From contig JBBSQY010000060.1 of NCBI GenBank assembly GCA_038243585.1, forward strand, positions 1 to 18,302: a stretch of 18,302 bases of DNA. The letters are read 5' to 3'. The notes under the pieces were generated by a model. The model was not told where the DNA came from. It saw only the letters and a program-made list of their open reading frames with translations, and ran no database searches. The translations under genes and the position numbers were made by a program. Below, piece after piece: positions 1 through 9,339 of the stretch (its first letter is position 1; every line of letters starts with the position of its first letter). The DNA comes from Candidatus Sumerlaeales bacterium (GTDB lineage Bacteria > Sumerlaeota > Sumerlaeia > Sumerlaeales > Sumerlaeaceae).

Positions 1-106
1 GATACTCGTCGTAGTAGGCATTTATCTCATCAATGATGGGGCGAATGCGTTTCATATCTCGGAGTTGCTTGTTTCCGAAGACTTTGCCGAGAAAATTTTT
101 CATCAT
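1..106 (-). CDS. secA: Preprotein translocase subunit SecA, N-terminal fragment (runs off window start)
   Basis: Manual translation of the minus strand from ATG 106 (or 103) gives MMKNFLGKVFGNKQLRDMKRIRPIIDEINAYYDEY, which fits the typical SecA N-terminus (..KxFGxKxxRxxKRxxPIVxxIN). Only 35 codons are visible; not in the ORF track. Confidence 0.8.
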   Translation of the reverse strand, partial: MMKNFLGKVFGNKQLRDMKRIRPIIDEINAYYDEY

Positions 107-254
107 GCCGGTTTACGTAACCCTTTCAAATAGACCGCCCCTCTATCCTGTGGAACAGAAGCGGTCGTCTTACATTGCAGACTTATTACCAATTGCTGGA
201 TTTGCCGCAGAAAACCTTACCCTGTTTATCCGCAAATTATTTGAGCGCCTTTAC

Positions 255-1352
255 TCATCTCACAGAGCATTCCACAGGCTCAGCCTGAACTTCCGGATTT
301 GCTCGCAGTTCTTCAAGGATATGCTCATTAACCTTAAGCGAAACCTGCTCGGCTGCCACGCGAACAGCGTTACGTATCGCTTTCGCACGAGATGATCCAT
401 GGCATATTATGCATACGCCGTTCAGGCCAAGCAGCGGAGCGCCGCCGTACTCTGCATGGTCCACCTGTTTGCGAAACCGTTGCAAGGCAGGGAGCATAGC
501 CAAAGCGCCCACCTGCGAAATAACGCTCCGGCGAACTTCGTCTTTTAAATTGGTCATGATGAACTCGGCCAGGGCCTCGCCAAACTTAAGCACCACGTTT
601 CCTACAAATCCATCGCACACGACGACATCAAAGGTGCCGTTCATCAAATCGCGGCCTTCGGCGTTGCCGGAAAAATTGAGCGTGGAAGCCCGCAAAAGTC
701 CTGCGGCCTCTTTAACCATCTCCGTGCCCTTGCAGTCCTCTTCGCCATTAGATAGAACCCCCACCCGGGGTTTGCGCCTATGAAGCACGAAACGGGCATA
801 TGTGGAACCCATAATTGCAAAGTGGAGCAGATTGCGTCCCTTGCAGTCGATATTTGCACCCACGTCGAGCAACAGGCACGGACGCTTTGGATGCGGCAAA
901 ACCGTGGCAATGGCGGGCCTTGAAATCCCTGGCAGGCGCCGCCACTGCACCATGCAAGTGGCCATGGTGGCCCCTGTATTGCCCGGCGAAACAACAGCGT
1001 CTGCGATCTTATCCTGCACAAGTCGCGCGGCCACGGCTATGCTGCTGTTCTTTTTTTTAAGAGACTGATGTGGCTGCTCGCCCATCCCGATCACATCATC
1101 GGCATGTTCGATGGCTATTCTTGAATGAGAAATTGCCAGACGGAGCATGTGGGTTTCGATCAGTTTCTCGTCGCCTACACAAATCACAGTGACCAGCGGG
1201 AAGTCTTCCACGGCCTGCAAGGCCCCCCGAAGCATCTCGTCCACCCCGACCTCGGTGCCCATAACGTCCAGGGCAACCGTCACGGGCCCGCGATAACGGC
1301 CCTGGCGGCGAATACGAACTTCTTCTCTCAATCGGCTGAATCTACTGGCCAT
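255..1352 (-). CDS. plsX: Phosphate acyltransferase PlsX
   Basis: Motifs ALDVMG, SPGNTGA, GISRPAI, LDVGAN, DVVVCDGFVGNVVLK and YGGAPLLGLNGVCIICHGSS. Lies next to rpmF. Start uncertain: a GTG at codon 24 is an alternative. Confidence 0.95.
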   Translation of the reverse strand: MASRFSRLREEVRIRRQGRYRGPVTVALDVMGTEVGVDEMLRGALQAVEDFPLVTVICVGDEKLIETHMLRLAISHSRIAIEHADDVIGMGEQPHQSLKKKNSSIAVAARLVQDKIADAVVSPGNTGATMATCMVQWRRLPGISRPAIATVLPHPKRPCLLLDVGANIDCKGRNLLHFAIMGSTYARFVLHRRKPRVGVLSNGEEDCKGTEMVKEAAGLLRASTLNFSGNAEGRDLMNGTFDVVVCDGFVGNVVLKFGEALAEFIMTNLKDEVRRSVISQVGALAMLPALQRFRKQVDHAEYGGAPLLGLNGVCIICHGSSRAKAIRNAVRVAAEQVSLKVNEHILEELRANPEVQAEPVECSVR

Positions 1353-1466
1353 TCTCCTGCTTATCGCTGCAAAATTCCGACGGGTCCGCTATTTAACGTG
1401 CCCGTCGCACAAGCATGTTACTACACGGAAAGTGAAAAAAGATTAAAGGGGATTTCGGGCTAAACG

Positions 1467-1510
1467 CAAAATCGCCCGGTTTATCCGGAAAACTCCGAAA
1501 AACCGGGCGA
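1467..1510 (-). terminator. Probable intrinsic terminator after rpmF
   Basis: Inverted repeat TCGCCCGGTTT (1472-1482) / AAACCGGGCGA (1500-1510) with an inner CGGA/TCCG stem, followed by TTTTG on the minus strand. Confidence 0.65.
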
Positions 1511-1563
1511 CAAATTTGACGCCTTCTTGCGTGGCGGTCGATTACCTCGACCTGACCTGGCTG

Positions 1564-1755
1564 TTAAGCCTGTTCCGCGTTTTTCTTGCCGTAGATACGG
1601 CCTTTAAACTCGCCACAGCTTTGGCAAATACGGTGAGACAAACGCGGCTGCGAGCAGTTTGCACAATCACTGAAACCCTGAATGGCTGTCATCTTATGGT
1701 TGGCGCGCCTGCGATCCCGCCGTGCGGGGCAGTGTCGCCGTCTTGGTACTGGCAT
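1564..1755 (-). CDS. rpmF: 50S ribosomal protein L32, zinc-ribbon (4-Cys) type
   Basis: MPVPRRRHCPARRDRRRANH..CANC..HRICQSCG; GGAGG ribosome-binding site 8 nt upstream of ATG 1755; upstream of plsX. Confidence 0.95.
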   Translation of the reverse strand: MPVPRRRHCPARRDRRRANHKMTAIQGFSDCANCSQPRLSHRICQSCGEFKGRIYGKKNAEQA

Positions 1756-1959
1756 GATTATTTCCTCCGGTCTGGCTGAACCACGCACCTATATCAGAAA
1801 TAGGGCTGTTTCATTCACGAAATGATGATGGAAAATGCGGTTTTTTCAGCCTCAATGATTCCGACTTAAAAGCCTCTTACAGTATTAATCCGGGACGACC
1901 GCAGGCTCCGGAACGCTCTCGTCTGAGAGCGCCGGTATCCCCCGGTTCCCTGCTTACTA

Positions 1960-4758
1960 TTAAACTAAAGCCACCGATCCGGGCTTTGAGTCTCCCAGAT
2001 CAATCAAAATAGCGCGACAGTCATGCTGATCCAGCGTTCGGAAATCACCAATTCCCTGGGCGCGAATCAATGTGCCGAAAGAATAATCCGCTTCGGGGAT
2101 TTCCAGATCATTGCGAGGCTCATCCACTATAACAATGAAGATGCCGTTGTTCGCGCCGCCCTTATGAAGCTGGCCCGTGCTGTGCAGATAGCGCGGGCCT
2201 ATGCCAACCGTAACGGCGCACCCGGTCGAATCCCGTAAAGCCGCAGCTGCCCGGTCCAGCGACTTGCGCATTGCGTCTGAAGGGGTCGCAAATGACAAAA
2301 TCGCAATGTAATCCCCGTCCGAAGCCGTCGAGATCAGTGCCTGCACCGCTTGCTTGACTGATTTGCTTTTTACGCCCGCTTTTCCGGCAGCGGTACTAAA
2401 GGACACTGCAACGCCATTTTCTGAAAACGCCGCCTCCGGCGCCGGCAGTTCGCCCTGGTCCTGATATTCGTCAAGCAGAGTATTAGTGTTGGCCTTGGCC
2501 TCGCTGACATTTGGCTCATCAAACGGATTTATCTTTAACAGGGCCCCGGTGACGGCTGTCGCTATTTCCCATCGCATGAATTCCGCGCCCAGATCGTACA
2601 CATCGTTAACCCGGATTCGGACAACGGGATGCCCCGCCTCCTGCAGAGCGTCGAGCCGGTCCTTCACGCCCTGATCTCCTTCAAACTCTATTCCGACGAA
2701 CAGGCGGTCCTTACCATATTTGCGCGGCGCGGCGGGTTTTTCTCCGGTAACGGGTAATATGCCTTTTCCCTGTTTCCCGGTGCTTTCCGCAATCAGTTGT
2801 TCAATCCACGCGCCCAACGGTGCCAGGCGATCTGATGCAACAAATGTGACCTTGTCGCGGCCTTCCTGCGCAAGAGTGCCCAGCACGGCTCCCAGCCTCA
2901 CCGACGGCTCATGTTGGACAAGAACCAGGGTGGCCAGATCCGCAGTAAAGGCAACGGCGCGCCGAAGAACTTTCTCGACATCGATTCCGATAAGCGCCAT
3001 CGGAACAAGCCCAAACATGGAAAGAGCGCTATACCTGCCGCCAATGTCAGGTGGATTAATAAATACGGCACGGAAGCCTTTTTCGCGGGCAAGGCTTTCA
3101 AGGCTGGTTCCTGGATCGGTGATTGCGATGAAATGGGCTCCCGGCGCCTTGCTGCCCGCGCTTTCGAGCTCCTGGCAAAAATACTTATACAGGCTCATGG
3201 TTTCGAGCGTGCCACCGGACTTACTGGCGACGATAAACCATGTTTTCCCGAGGTCCATGCGCTTGCGAGCAGCGCGAATGGCATCGGGCGAAGTTGTATC
3301 CAGAACAACCAGTTGCGGGAAGCCCGCCTGGTTGCCAAAAACCTTTTCGCATACCTCCGGACACAGGCTGCTGCCGCCCATACCCAACAATACGACATGA
3401 GCGATCTTCTCACGCCGCGCGGCGTCGGCTACCTTACGAATTTCTGTCAGGCGCCCTAGCATGTCCTGCGGAACATCCAGCCAACCCAATCGATTGCTGA
3501 TCTCTTTAAACAGGCTCTTGTCTTCAGAAAAAAGCGACGGATCCTTAGCGGCAAGTCGCCGCGCGTAACGGGCTTCGCTCATACTCTCCATGACGGCTTT
3601 AACGGATTTTTCGTGATCTCCAAGAGCTTCTGTTTGCGTGTCTGCCCAGCCCAGATGCGCCAGTCGCTTCTCAGAAATGCTGGCCAGCAACTTGTCAAAC
3701 GGCGCATTGAATTTGCCGACGCCCTCTTCCACCAGCTGCGTCGTAACAGCGTTTAGGTCGATACCCACCGCCGCCAGGTCATCCAGAATCTGGCGTTCCT
3801 GTTCCAGGTTCGTTTCAAGAGTTGCCTCTGTCACCTCACCCCTGGCGCGCCAAGCATTGATGGTAGGCATTGGCATGGTGTTAACGGTGTCGCTGCCGAT
3901 AAGCGGCGCAACGTAAACCAGTTCGTCATAGAGTGGATTCTTGCTGCTTGTGCTGGCCCACAAAGGGCGCTGCACCCGTGCTCCGGCTTTTTTAAGGGCC
4001 TCCCAGCGTCCGCCTGCAAACACCTCCTTAAAATCCTGATACGCCATTTTTCCCGAAGCCAGCGCTACCTGTCCCAAAAGTGCGTGCGCTTTTGAATCAA
4101 CGCGCGCGCTGATCAGCTTGTCCACCTGCACGTCAATTCGACTGATGAAAAAGCTGGCGACGGATGCGACATTGTCTATCGGCTCTTTTGCCTTTTTCCG
4201 ATCTTCCAGACCGGAAAGATAAGCTTCCATGACGTCCCTGTATGCATTGCGGGAAAAGATTAACGTCACGTTTACGTTAATGCCGTCGGCGATAAGCTTC
4301 CTGATAACGGGAATGCCTTCCGGAGTCGCAGGCACCTTTATCATGACGTTAGGCTTGTTGACGGCCTCCCAAAGGCGATGCGCTTCCACCAGGGTACCGT
4401 CTGTATCGAAAGCCAGGTACGGAGAAACCTCCAGGCTGATGTATCCGTCGACGCCATTCGAGTCGTCATACACGGGGCGCAGAACATCGGCGGCCTTGCG
4501 AATATCCTCAACAGCGATCGCTTCGTAAATGGACTCGGCGTCTTTGCCCGCCATGGCCAGTTTCTTTAGCTGCGCGTCATAAAGATCGCTGCCGGAAATG
4601 GCTTTTTGAAAAATGTCTGGATTTGAAGTGACGCCACGAAGACCATCTTCCTTTATCATGCGGCGCAGGGTGCCATCCTGAATCATGGAACGGCTGATGG
4701 TGTCCATCCAGAAGCTTTGCCCAAATTCCAATAATTGCCTGAGACTGTTATTTTTCAT
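1960..4758 (-). CDS. Bifunctional transaldolase / phosphoglucose isomerase (Tal-Pgi fusion)
   Basis: N-terminal ~365 aa is transaldolase-like ([22 protein letters not shown] with the Schiff-base Lys, [15 protein letters not shown]). The C-terminal part is a PGI/SIS domain ([56 protein letters not shown]). Confidence 0.93.
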   Translation of the reverse strand: MKNNSLRQLLEFGQSFWMDTISRSMIQDGTLRRMIKEDGLRGVTSNPDIFQKAISGSDLYDAQLKKLAMAGKDAESIYEAIAVEDIRKAADVLRPVYDDSNGVDGYISLEVSPYLAFDTDGTLVEAHRLWEAVNKPNVMIKVPATPEGIPVIRKLIADGINVNVTLIFSRNAYRDVMEAYLSGLEDRKKAKEPIDNVASVASFFISRIDVQVDKLISARVDSKAHALLGQVALASGKMAYQDFKEVFAGGRWEALKKAGARVQRPLWASTSSKNPLYDELVYVAPLIGSDTVNTMPMPTINAWRARGEVTEATLETNLEQERQILDDLAAVGIDLNAVTTQLVEEGVGKFNAPFDKLLASISEKRLAHLGWADTQTEALGDHEKSVKAVMESMSEARYARRLAAKDPSLFSEDKSLFKEISNRLGWLDVPQDMLGRLTEIRKVADAARREKIAHVVLLGMGGSSLCPEVCEKVFGNQAGFPQLVVLDTTSPDAIRAARKRMDLGKTWFIVASKSGGTLETMSLYKYFCQELESAGSKAPGAHFIAITDPGTSLESLAREKGFRAVFINPPDIGGRYSALSMFGLVPMALIGIDVEKVLRRAVAFTADLATLVLVQHEPSVRLGAVLGTLAQEGRDKVTFVASDRLAPLGAWIEQLIAESTGKQGKGILPVTGEKPAAPRKYGKDRLFVGIEFEGDQGVKDRLDALQEAGHPVVRIRVNDVYDLGAEFMRWEIATAVTGALLKINPFDEPNVSEAKANTNTLLDEYQDQGELPAPEAAFSENGVAVSFSTAAGKAGVKSKSVKQAVQALISTASDGDYIAILSFATPSDAMRKSLDRAAAALRDSTGCAVTVGIGPRYLHSTGQLHKGGANNGIFIVIVDEPRNDLEIPEADYSFGTLIRAQGIGDFRTLDQHDCRAILIDLGDSKPGSVALV

Positions 4759-4953
4759 CTTTTCTGTATGCCTTTTCGATGGATATTTTTGTGGCGGAAG
4801 TGCTGGAGCGAAATCTCCGTTGCCATTAGTAATTCGCTGTAACGAACTCCGTAATATGCTAATGTTATTCTCAATGAATCACTTGAAGCGAAAAGCTTTT
4901 ATTCAACGACCTGGGATAACCCGACAGTGCCGACTGTGAATGAACAACTGTCT

Positions 4954-5946
4954 ATGGAAGAAGACAAACTCGTTTCCATCGTTATTGTTAACTACGAAAC
5001 GAGCGCTTACGTGAAGCGCTGCGTCGCATCCCTTCGTGCGCAGGATTACCCCTGGGAAGCATTTATTGTCGACAATCCGTCACCCGAAAACGACTTTGAA
5101 AATCTACCTGATGAGCCGCAGGTACAGGTGGTGCGTTCTCAGGAAAATGTCGGGTACGGTCCAGGCTGCAACCTCGGCGCCGAGAGGGTTTCAACAAACA
5201 GCGAATACATCTGCATTCTTAATCCAGACACGGCTGTGCCGGACGGCGAACTGCGGCGCTGGGTGGCTTCACACCAGCTGCATTGCCCAAACGGCGGCGT
5301 CGTTGGTCCTGCGCTTCACAATGATAATGGTGCCGTTCAAAAATCACACTACCGTTTCTTTAACGCCGGCAACTACTGGCTCACCCATTCACTTCTCGCC
5401 GGATTTCTCATCAATGTTAAAAAGGGATCATGGACGGGCGGCAGAGGGCGTGGATTTTCTGACGCTCAGACGCCGCAGGGTCTGAGCAAGACAAATGCAG
5501 CGTCAGCCAATCTGTCAGCCAAAGATACCGACTGGCTGATGGGAGCGGCACTACTGATTGATCGGTCGACGTGGAAGAAACTAAACGGTTTCAGCGACCA
5601 GTACTTTCTCTATTCAGAAGATACGGACTTGTGCTGGCGATGCGGCCAAATGAGCCTTCCCGTTATTTACGATCCCACTGTGCATATCTGGCACAGCCAG
5701 GGCGATCCCGCGGCCGGGGCGCGAGAGACAGGCATCGTCAGACTTTTTGACGGCATGAAACGCTTTGTCGATTTAAACTACACAGGCCTCAGAAAAAGTT
5801 CAATGTACGGCGTTGTCATCACAGACATGCTTCTCCGCCTCGCCATCCTGTCGCCGCTTCAACTTTTTCGTAGAAATAATACATTATTGCAAAGTCGCCT
5901 GCGCGGATACAAGCGCGTTCTCAGTCAATGGGGCGGCCAAGAATAA
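4954..5946 (+). CDS. Glycosyltransferase family 2 (WbbL/rhamnosyltransferase-like)
   Basis: Motifs VSIVIVNY, IVDNPS, ENVGYGPGCN, ILNPDT, DWLMGAALLI, GFSDQYFLYSEDTDLCWR. ATG 4954 preferred over GTG 4927. Confidence 0.88.
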   Translation: MEEDKLVSIVIVNYETSAYVKRCVASLRAQDYPWEAFIVDNPSPENDFENLPDEPQVQVVRSQENVGYGPGCNLGAERVSTNSEYICILNPDTAVPDGELRRWVASHQLHCPNGGVVGPALHNDNGAVQKSHYRFFNAGNYWLTHSLLAGFLINVKKGSWTGGRGRGFSDAQTPQGLSKTNAASANLSAKDTDWLMGAALLIDRSTWKKLNGFSDQYFLYSEDTDLCWRCGQMSLPVIYDPTVHIWHSQGDPAAGARETGIVRLFDGMKRFVDLNYTGLRKSSMYGVVITDMLLRLAILSPLQLFRRNNTLLQSRLRGYKRVLSQWGGQE

Positions 5947-6373
5947 TCAGGTTATCCACGGCGGTTCGGTTGCCTGGCTCAATTTTCAATATGTGCTCGA
6001 AAATATTGCGGCGGTCTTTTGCGTCTGCGCACAGCGCTGCTTTAAGTTCCCACGCCGGCACGAAGTTCTCATCCGCCGCAAGCACATCATCCAGCAGCCT
6101 CAGCGCATCGACATCCAGCCCGTTGCTATAAAAATAATAGGCAGCCTCCAGTTTCAGCTGCATATCATCAGATCGCAGCGACGCCAATCTGCGCCACACT
6201 GGAACGGCAACTTCGGGATTTAACGCAAACCGGTTTGCGAGACTCCGCAGCATTTCCGAATCCGCCGTAAGCTGAACCCGCAGCACCAGATTCGATCGCG
6301 CGTTTTCATTCTGCGGAAACTGAGTTACGCGAACGGCATAGGGCATCAAATCTTCCAGGGTTACTTCAGGCAT
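5921..6373 (-). CDS. Hypothetical protein with TPR-like helical repeats
   Basis: 150 aa; patterns AYYFYSNGLDVDALRLLDDVLAADENFVPAW and ILKIEPGNRTA resemble TPR helix pairs; AAGGGA ribosome-binding-like motif upstream. Confidence 0.65.
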   Translation of the reverse strand: MPEVTLEDLMPYAVRVTQFPQNENARSNLVLRVQLTADSEMLRSLANRFALNPEVAVPVWRRLASLRSDDMQLKLEAAYYFYSNGLDVDALRLLDDVLAADENFVPAWELKAALCADAKDRRNIFEHILKIEPGNRTAVDNLIILGRPID

Positions 6374-6433
6374 AAATCCCTTTGCGACTTATGGTTCTTT
6401 GCACCGTAACTGATCAATGTTCTTTTAAATCTT

Positions 6434-7270
6434 TTAACGTTCCAACCCATATCGAATCCGAATCTTTCGTTCCAACGTTCCAAAGACCAAGCCATCCACA
6501 ACCAGCCCGATGACCAGAATTGAAATAATTGCCGCCAGCATCAGCGCCACGTCATTAAGGCTGCGCCCCGTTTCGAGCAGGCGCCCGACCCCAAACACAT
6601 CCTGTCGGATAAGCTCCGCCGCCATAAGGCTGCGCCACGCGAACGTCCAGCCAAGTTTCAGTCCTCCGATCAATTCCGGTAGCGCCGCAAAAAATAAAAT
6701 ATCCTTTGCGAACACATATCCTCGCGCGCCCATCACCCGCCCCACCTTCAGGTAAATAGGTGGCACGTTGCGAATCGCCCCCTCTGTCGCAACGGCAATA
6801 CTGAACAAGGCTCCAAGAATAAGCACCGCCAAGATCGCACCCTCGCCCAGTCCAAACCATATCAACGCCAGCGGCAACCATACGATGCTAGGGAGCGACT
6901 GCAGCGAAAGAATCAGTGATCCGACCGTCTCCTTAAAAATCCAGCTCCGAGCCGCCAGCACCCCAATCGTCAAACCGCCCACGACGCTGACTCCATACCC
7001 CAAAAACATGCGCTTCATACTTAGTCCAATGCTATGGAGTAACTCGCCCGACCTCGCAAGCTCCACCAGTTTACCTAGTACTGCGCCCGGTCCAGGAAAC
7101 AGATAAGGCGGCACCAGTCGCAGCAAATATACCCCCTGCCATATCCCGATCAACAGTACAAAAAAGATAAGTTTGGCAACGATCCGTTTCCACCGTGCCG
7201 GTCGCTGGTCCGAAAACATCTGCGACATTCTGGAATTTGACTTACTGGAACTTAATTTAGCTGAGTTCAT
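6434..7270 (-). CDS. ssuC: ABC transporter permease, SsuC/TauC/NitT family
   Basis: Multiple hydrophobic helices; LQSLPSIVWLPLALIWFG and AWRSLMAAE motifs; ATGA overlap (7267-7270) with the upstream binding-protein gene. Confidence 0.88.
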   Translation of the reverse strand: MNSAKLSSSKSNSRMSQMFSDQRPARWKRIVAKLIFFVLLIGIWQGVYLLRLVPPYLFPGPGAVLGKLVELARSGELLHSIGLSMKRMFLGYGVSVVGGLTIGVLAARSWIFKETVGSLILSLQSLPSIVWLPLALIWFGLGEGAILAVLILGALFSIAVATEGAIRNVPPIYLKVGRVMGARGYVFAKDILFFAALPELIGGLKLGWTFAWRSLMAAELIRQDVFGVGRLLETGRSLNDVALMLAAIISILVIGLVVDGLVFGTLERKIRIRYGLER

Positions 7271-8358
7271 TGTTCCAACCCCGCGCTTGTTTCGGATGTC
7301 GAGGTAGAAATCTCATCAATTAACTGACCTTGAGAGACTCCCTGTGCAGCGTCTAGTTTTGCCAGCGCCCTGTCCAGCGGGCCGCTTACAAATAACGTTG
7401 CGGTATCAAGTTGATCTGCTTTTATAATGCCCACTTCTTTACCCATCTTAAAAAATCGTTCGAATGACCTAATCGCCGGATCGATGTCAAACCCTGTCCG
7501 CTGCAGAGCTCCCGTCACAACCTCAATAGGTAGTGACTTGGTCGTAATGCGTTTTAACTCATCATTTATCGTTACGGCAAAACGCTGGGGGTCGTGCTGC
7601 AACTCGCGCGTCAGGCGGATATGTGCCTCCAGGAATCGCTGCACAAGTGCAGGATGTTTCTCAACGAACGCGCGCCTGGCAATTACGCTCGTGTTCGCAA
7701 AAGCCCCCTCCGGCCAGAGATCCTTTTCTTCCGCAACTAACAAAACCAAGTCCTTATGCAGCAATCGCGATCCCCACGGTTCCGGGACCCACGCAGCATC
7801 GATCTGGTTCTTTGCAAAGAGAGTTTCAATGTCCGGGTTCGGTATAGGAATAAGATCGGTCTCACCACCCTTAGAGGAAAGGGTTGCTCCAAGATCGTGC
7901 GTCAGGTAATATCGGGCTGAGATATCCTGCGTATTGGCGTATTGCGGAGTTGCAACCCGGCCTCCTTTTAACTGCTGCAGTTTCGCAATTCCCCGCTTCT
8001 TATTCCCCACCACCATTACGCCGTTTATAGCAGAACCGGCAATTACGCGAACCTCTTCCCCTTTGCTTTGAATAAAGCCATTTAAAATAGGCGAAGGCCC
8101 TACGTAGGCGATATCAACATGTCCGGCATAAACAGCTTCGATCACTGCAGGACCGGCGTTAAACGTCTGGCCAGTAACTTTTACTTCAGGTCCGACGCTC
8201 TTTTGAAAATCTCCTCGTTGCATCCCAATCAGAGCCTGTGCATGAGTAACATTCGGAAAATACCCGACTCGCATCTCAACCGGTTCACCATTAACACCAA
8301 TTTTCGGCTCGCTGGCGCAACCGCAAAAAATAATGGATAAAGAAAGCAGGATAGGCAT
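7267..8358 (-). CDS. ssuA: ABC transporter substrate-binding lipoprotein, SsuA/NitT/TauT family
   Basis: GYFPNVTHAQAL, FNAGP, YVGPSP, TQDI, AAWVPEPW; lipobox-like IIFCGC. Start uncertain: the ORF is open to 8484, but that overlaps the ATPase tail, so ATG 8358 was chosen as it precedes the hydrophobic signal region. Confidence 0.85.
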   Translation of the reverse strand: MPILLSLSIIFCGCASEPKIGVNGEPVEMRVGYFPNVTHAQALIGMQRGDFQKSVGPEVKVTGQTFNAGPAVIEAVYAGHVDIAYVGPSPILNGFIQSKGEEVRVIAGSAINGVMVVGNKKRGIAKLQQLKGGRVATPQYANTQDISARYYLTHDLGATLSSKGGETDLIPIPNPDIETLFAKNQIDAAWVPEPWGSRLLHKDLVLLVAEEKDLWPEGAFANTSVIARRAFVEKHPALVQRFLEAHIRLTRELQHDPQRFAVTINDELKRITTKSLPIEVVTGALQRTGFDIDPAIRSFERFFKMGKEVGIIKADQLDTATLFVSGPLDRALAKLDAAQGVSQGQLIDEISTSTSETSAGLEQ

Positions 8359-8446
8359 TCCTGCCTGTCGAGCGATTTTCTTAAACAGGAGCGGGAACGC
8401 GAGTGCGACGGGAGTGTAAGTGCCAGGAATGCCGGGACTACGCCCG

Positions 8447-9298
8447 TTAGATACCGCCGGCATAATCGCTAACATCCGCCGCAACAGTAGAAGCTTCCGG
8501 CTCCCAATCCGGATCCAACTCCCGCGCCGCCACCTTGTCCACCTCAGACTTTATCAGCTCGTGAAGCTGCGCCGTAAATCCACTAATCTCGGTAGAAGAC
8601 TTGCTCCTCGGGTGCGGAAAGGGAACAGAAACAATTTTCTTAATACTCCCCGGTGCCGCAGTCATGATCATTACCCGGTCCGCCAGATAAACAGCTTCGC
8701 GCAGGTTGTGCGTTACGAAAAGCACGGTCTTTCCCGTCTCCTGCCAAATTCGCTGCAATTCATCATGCAAAAGATCCCGCGTTTGTGCGTCCAAGGCACT
8801 AAATGGCTCATCCATCAGCAATACCTTGGGTTCAAGCGCCAGAGCCCGGGCAATGCTGACCCGCTGCCGCATCCCGCCGCTCAATTCATGAGGCATGGCC
8901 ATGGCATATTTTGAAAGATGCACCATTTTAAGATATTTGTCAGCCCGTTCGCGTCTTACTTCTTTCGGCAGGCCCTGTAGCTTCAGCCCATACTCTATGT
9001 TGCTTTGCACGTTCATCCACGGCATAAGTCCTGCCTCTTGAAATACTACCACGCGATCAGGTCCCGGCTCGTAAACCATCTGGTCTTCCAGCGTCACGTG
9101 CCCGGTGGTTGGAGTTTCCAAGCCCGCCAGAATATTGAGCAGCGTACTTTTACCGCAACCGGAGGGTCCGATGATACAGAAAAACTCCCCCTCCTTTATA
9201 TCCAGACGGACAGGGTTTAGCGCCTGCGTCCGCCGTCCGTTAGCTCCGTTGGCAGCCCGCGCGAATGATTTGCTCACATCATGAAAATGGATTGTCAT
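8447..9298 (-). CDS. ssuB: ABC transporter ATP-binding subunit, SsuB/TauB/NrtD family, with acidic C-terminal tail
   Basis: Walker A GPSGCGKS, Q-loop VFQE, signature LSGGMRQR, Walker B LLMDEPFSALD, H-loop VTH. Confidence 0.93.
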   Translation of the reverse strand: MTIHFHDVSKSFARAANGANGRRTQALNPVRLDIKEGEFFCIIGPSGCGKSTLLNILAGLETPTTGHVTLEDQMVYEPGPDRVVVFQEAGLMPWMNVQSNIEYGLKLQGLPKEVRRERADKYLKMVHLSKYAMAMPHELSGGMRQRVSIARALALEPKVLLMDEPFSALDAQTRDLLHDELQRIWQETGKTVLFVTHNLREAVYLADRVMIMTAAPGSIKKIVSVPFPHPRSKSSTEISGFTAQLHELIKSEVDKVAARELDPDWEPEASTVAADVSDYAGGI

Positions 9299-9339
9299 AG
9301 TAATACTTTCGGAAACGCAAAAGCAAAAAATTACTGCGC

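Noticed and set aside
1756..1788. Upstream GTG start for rpmF
   Set aside because: The GGAGG site and the canonical L32 N-terminus point to ATG 1755.
1940..1976. tRNA-like start on the minus strand (GGTGGCTTTAGTTTAATAGTAAG)
   Set aside because: No T-loop GTTCRA, anticodon arm or acceptor pairing; overlaps the tal-pgi 3' end.
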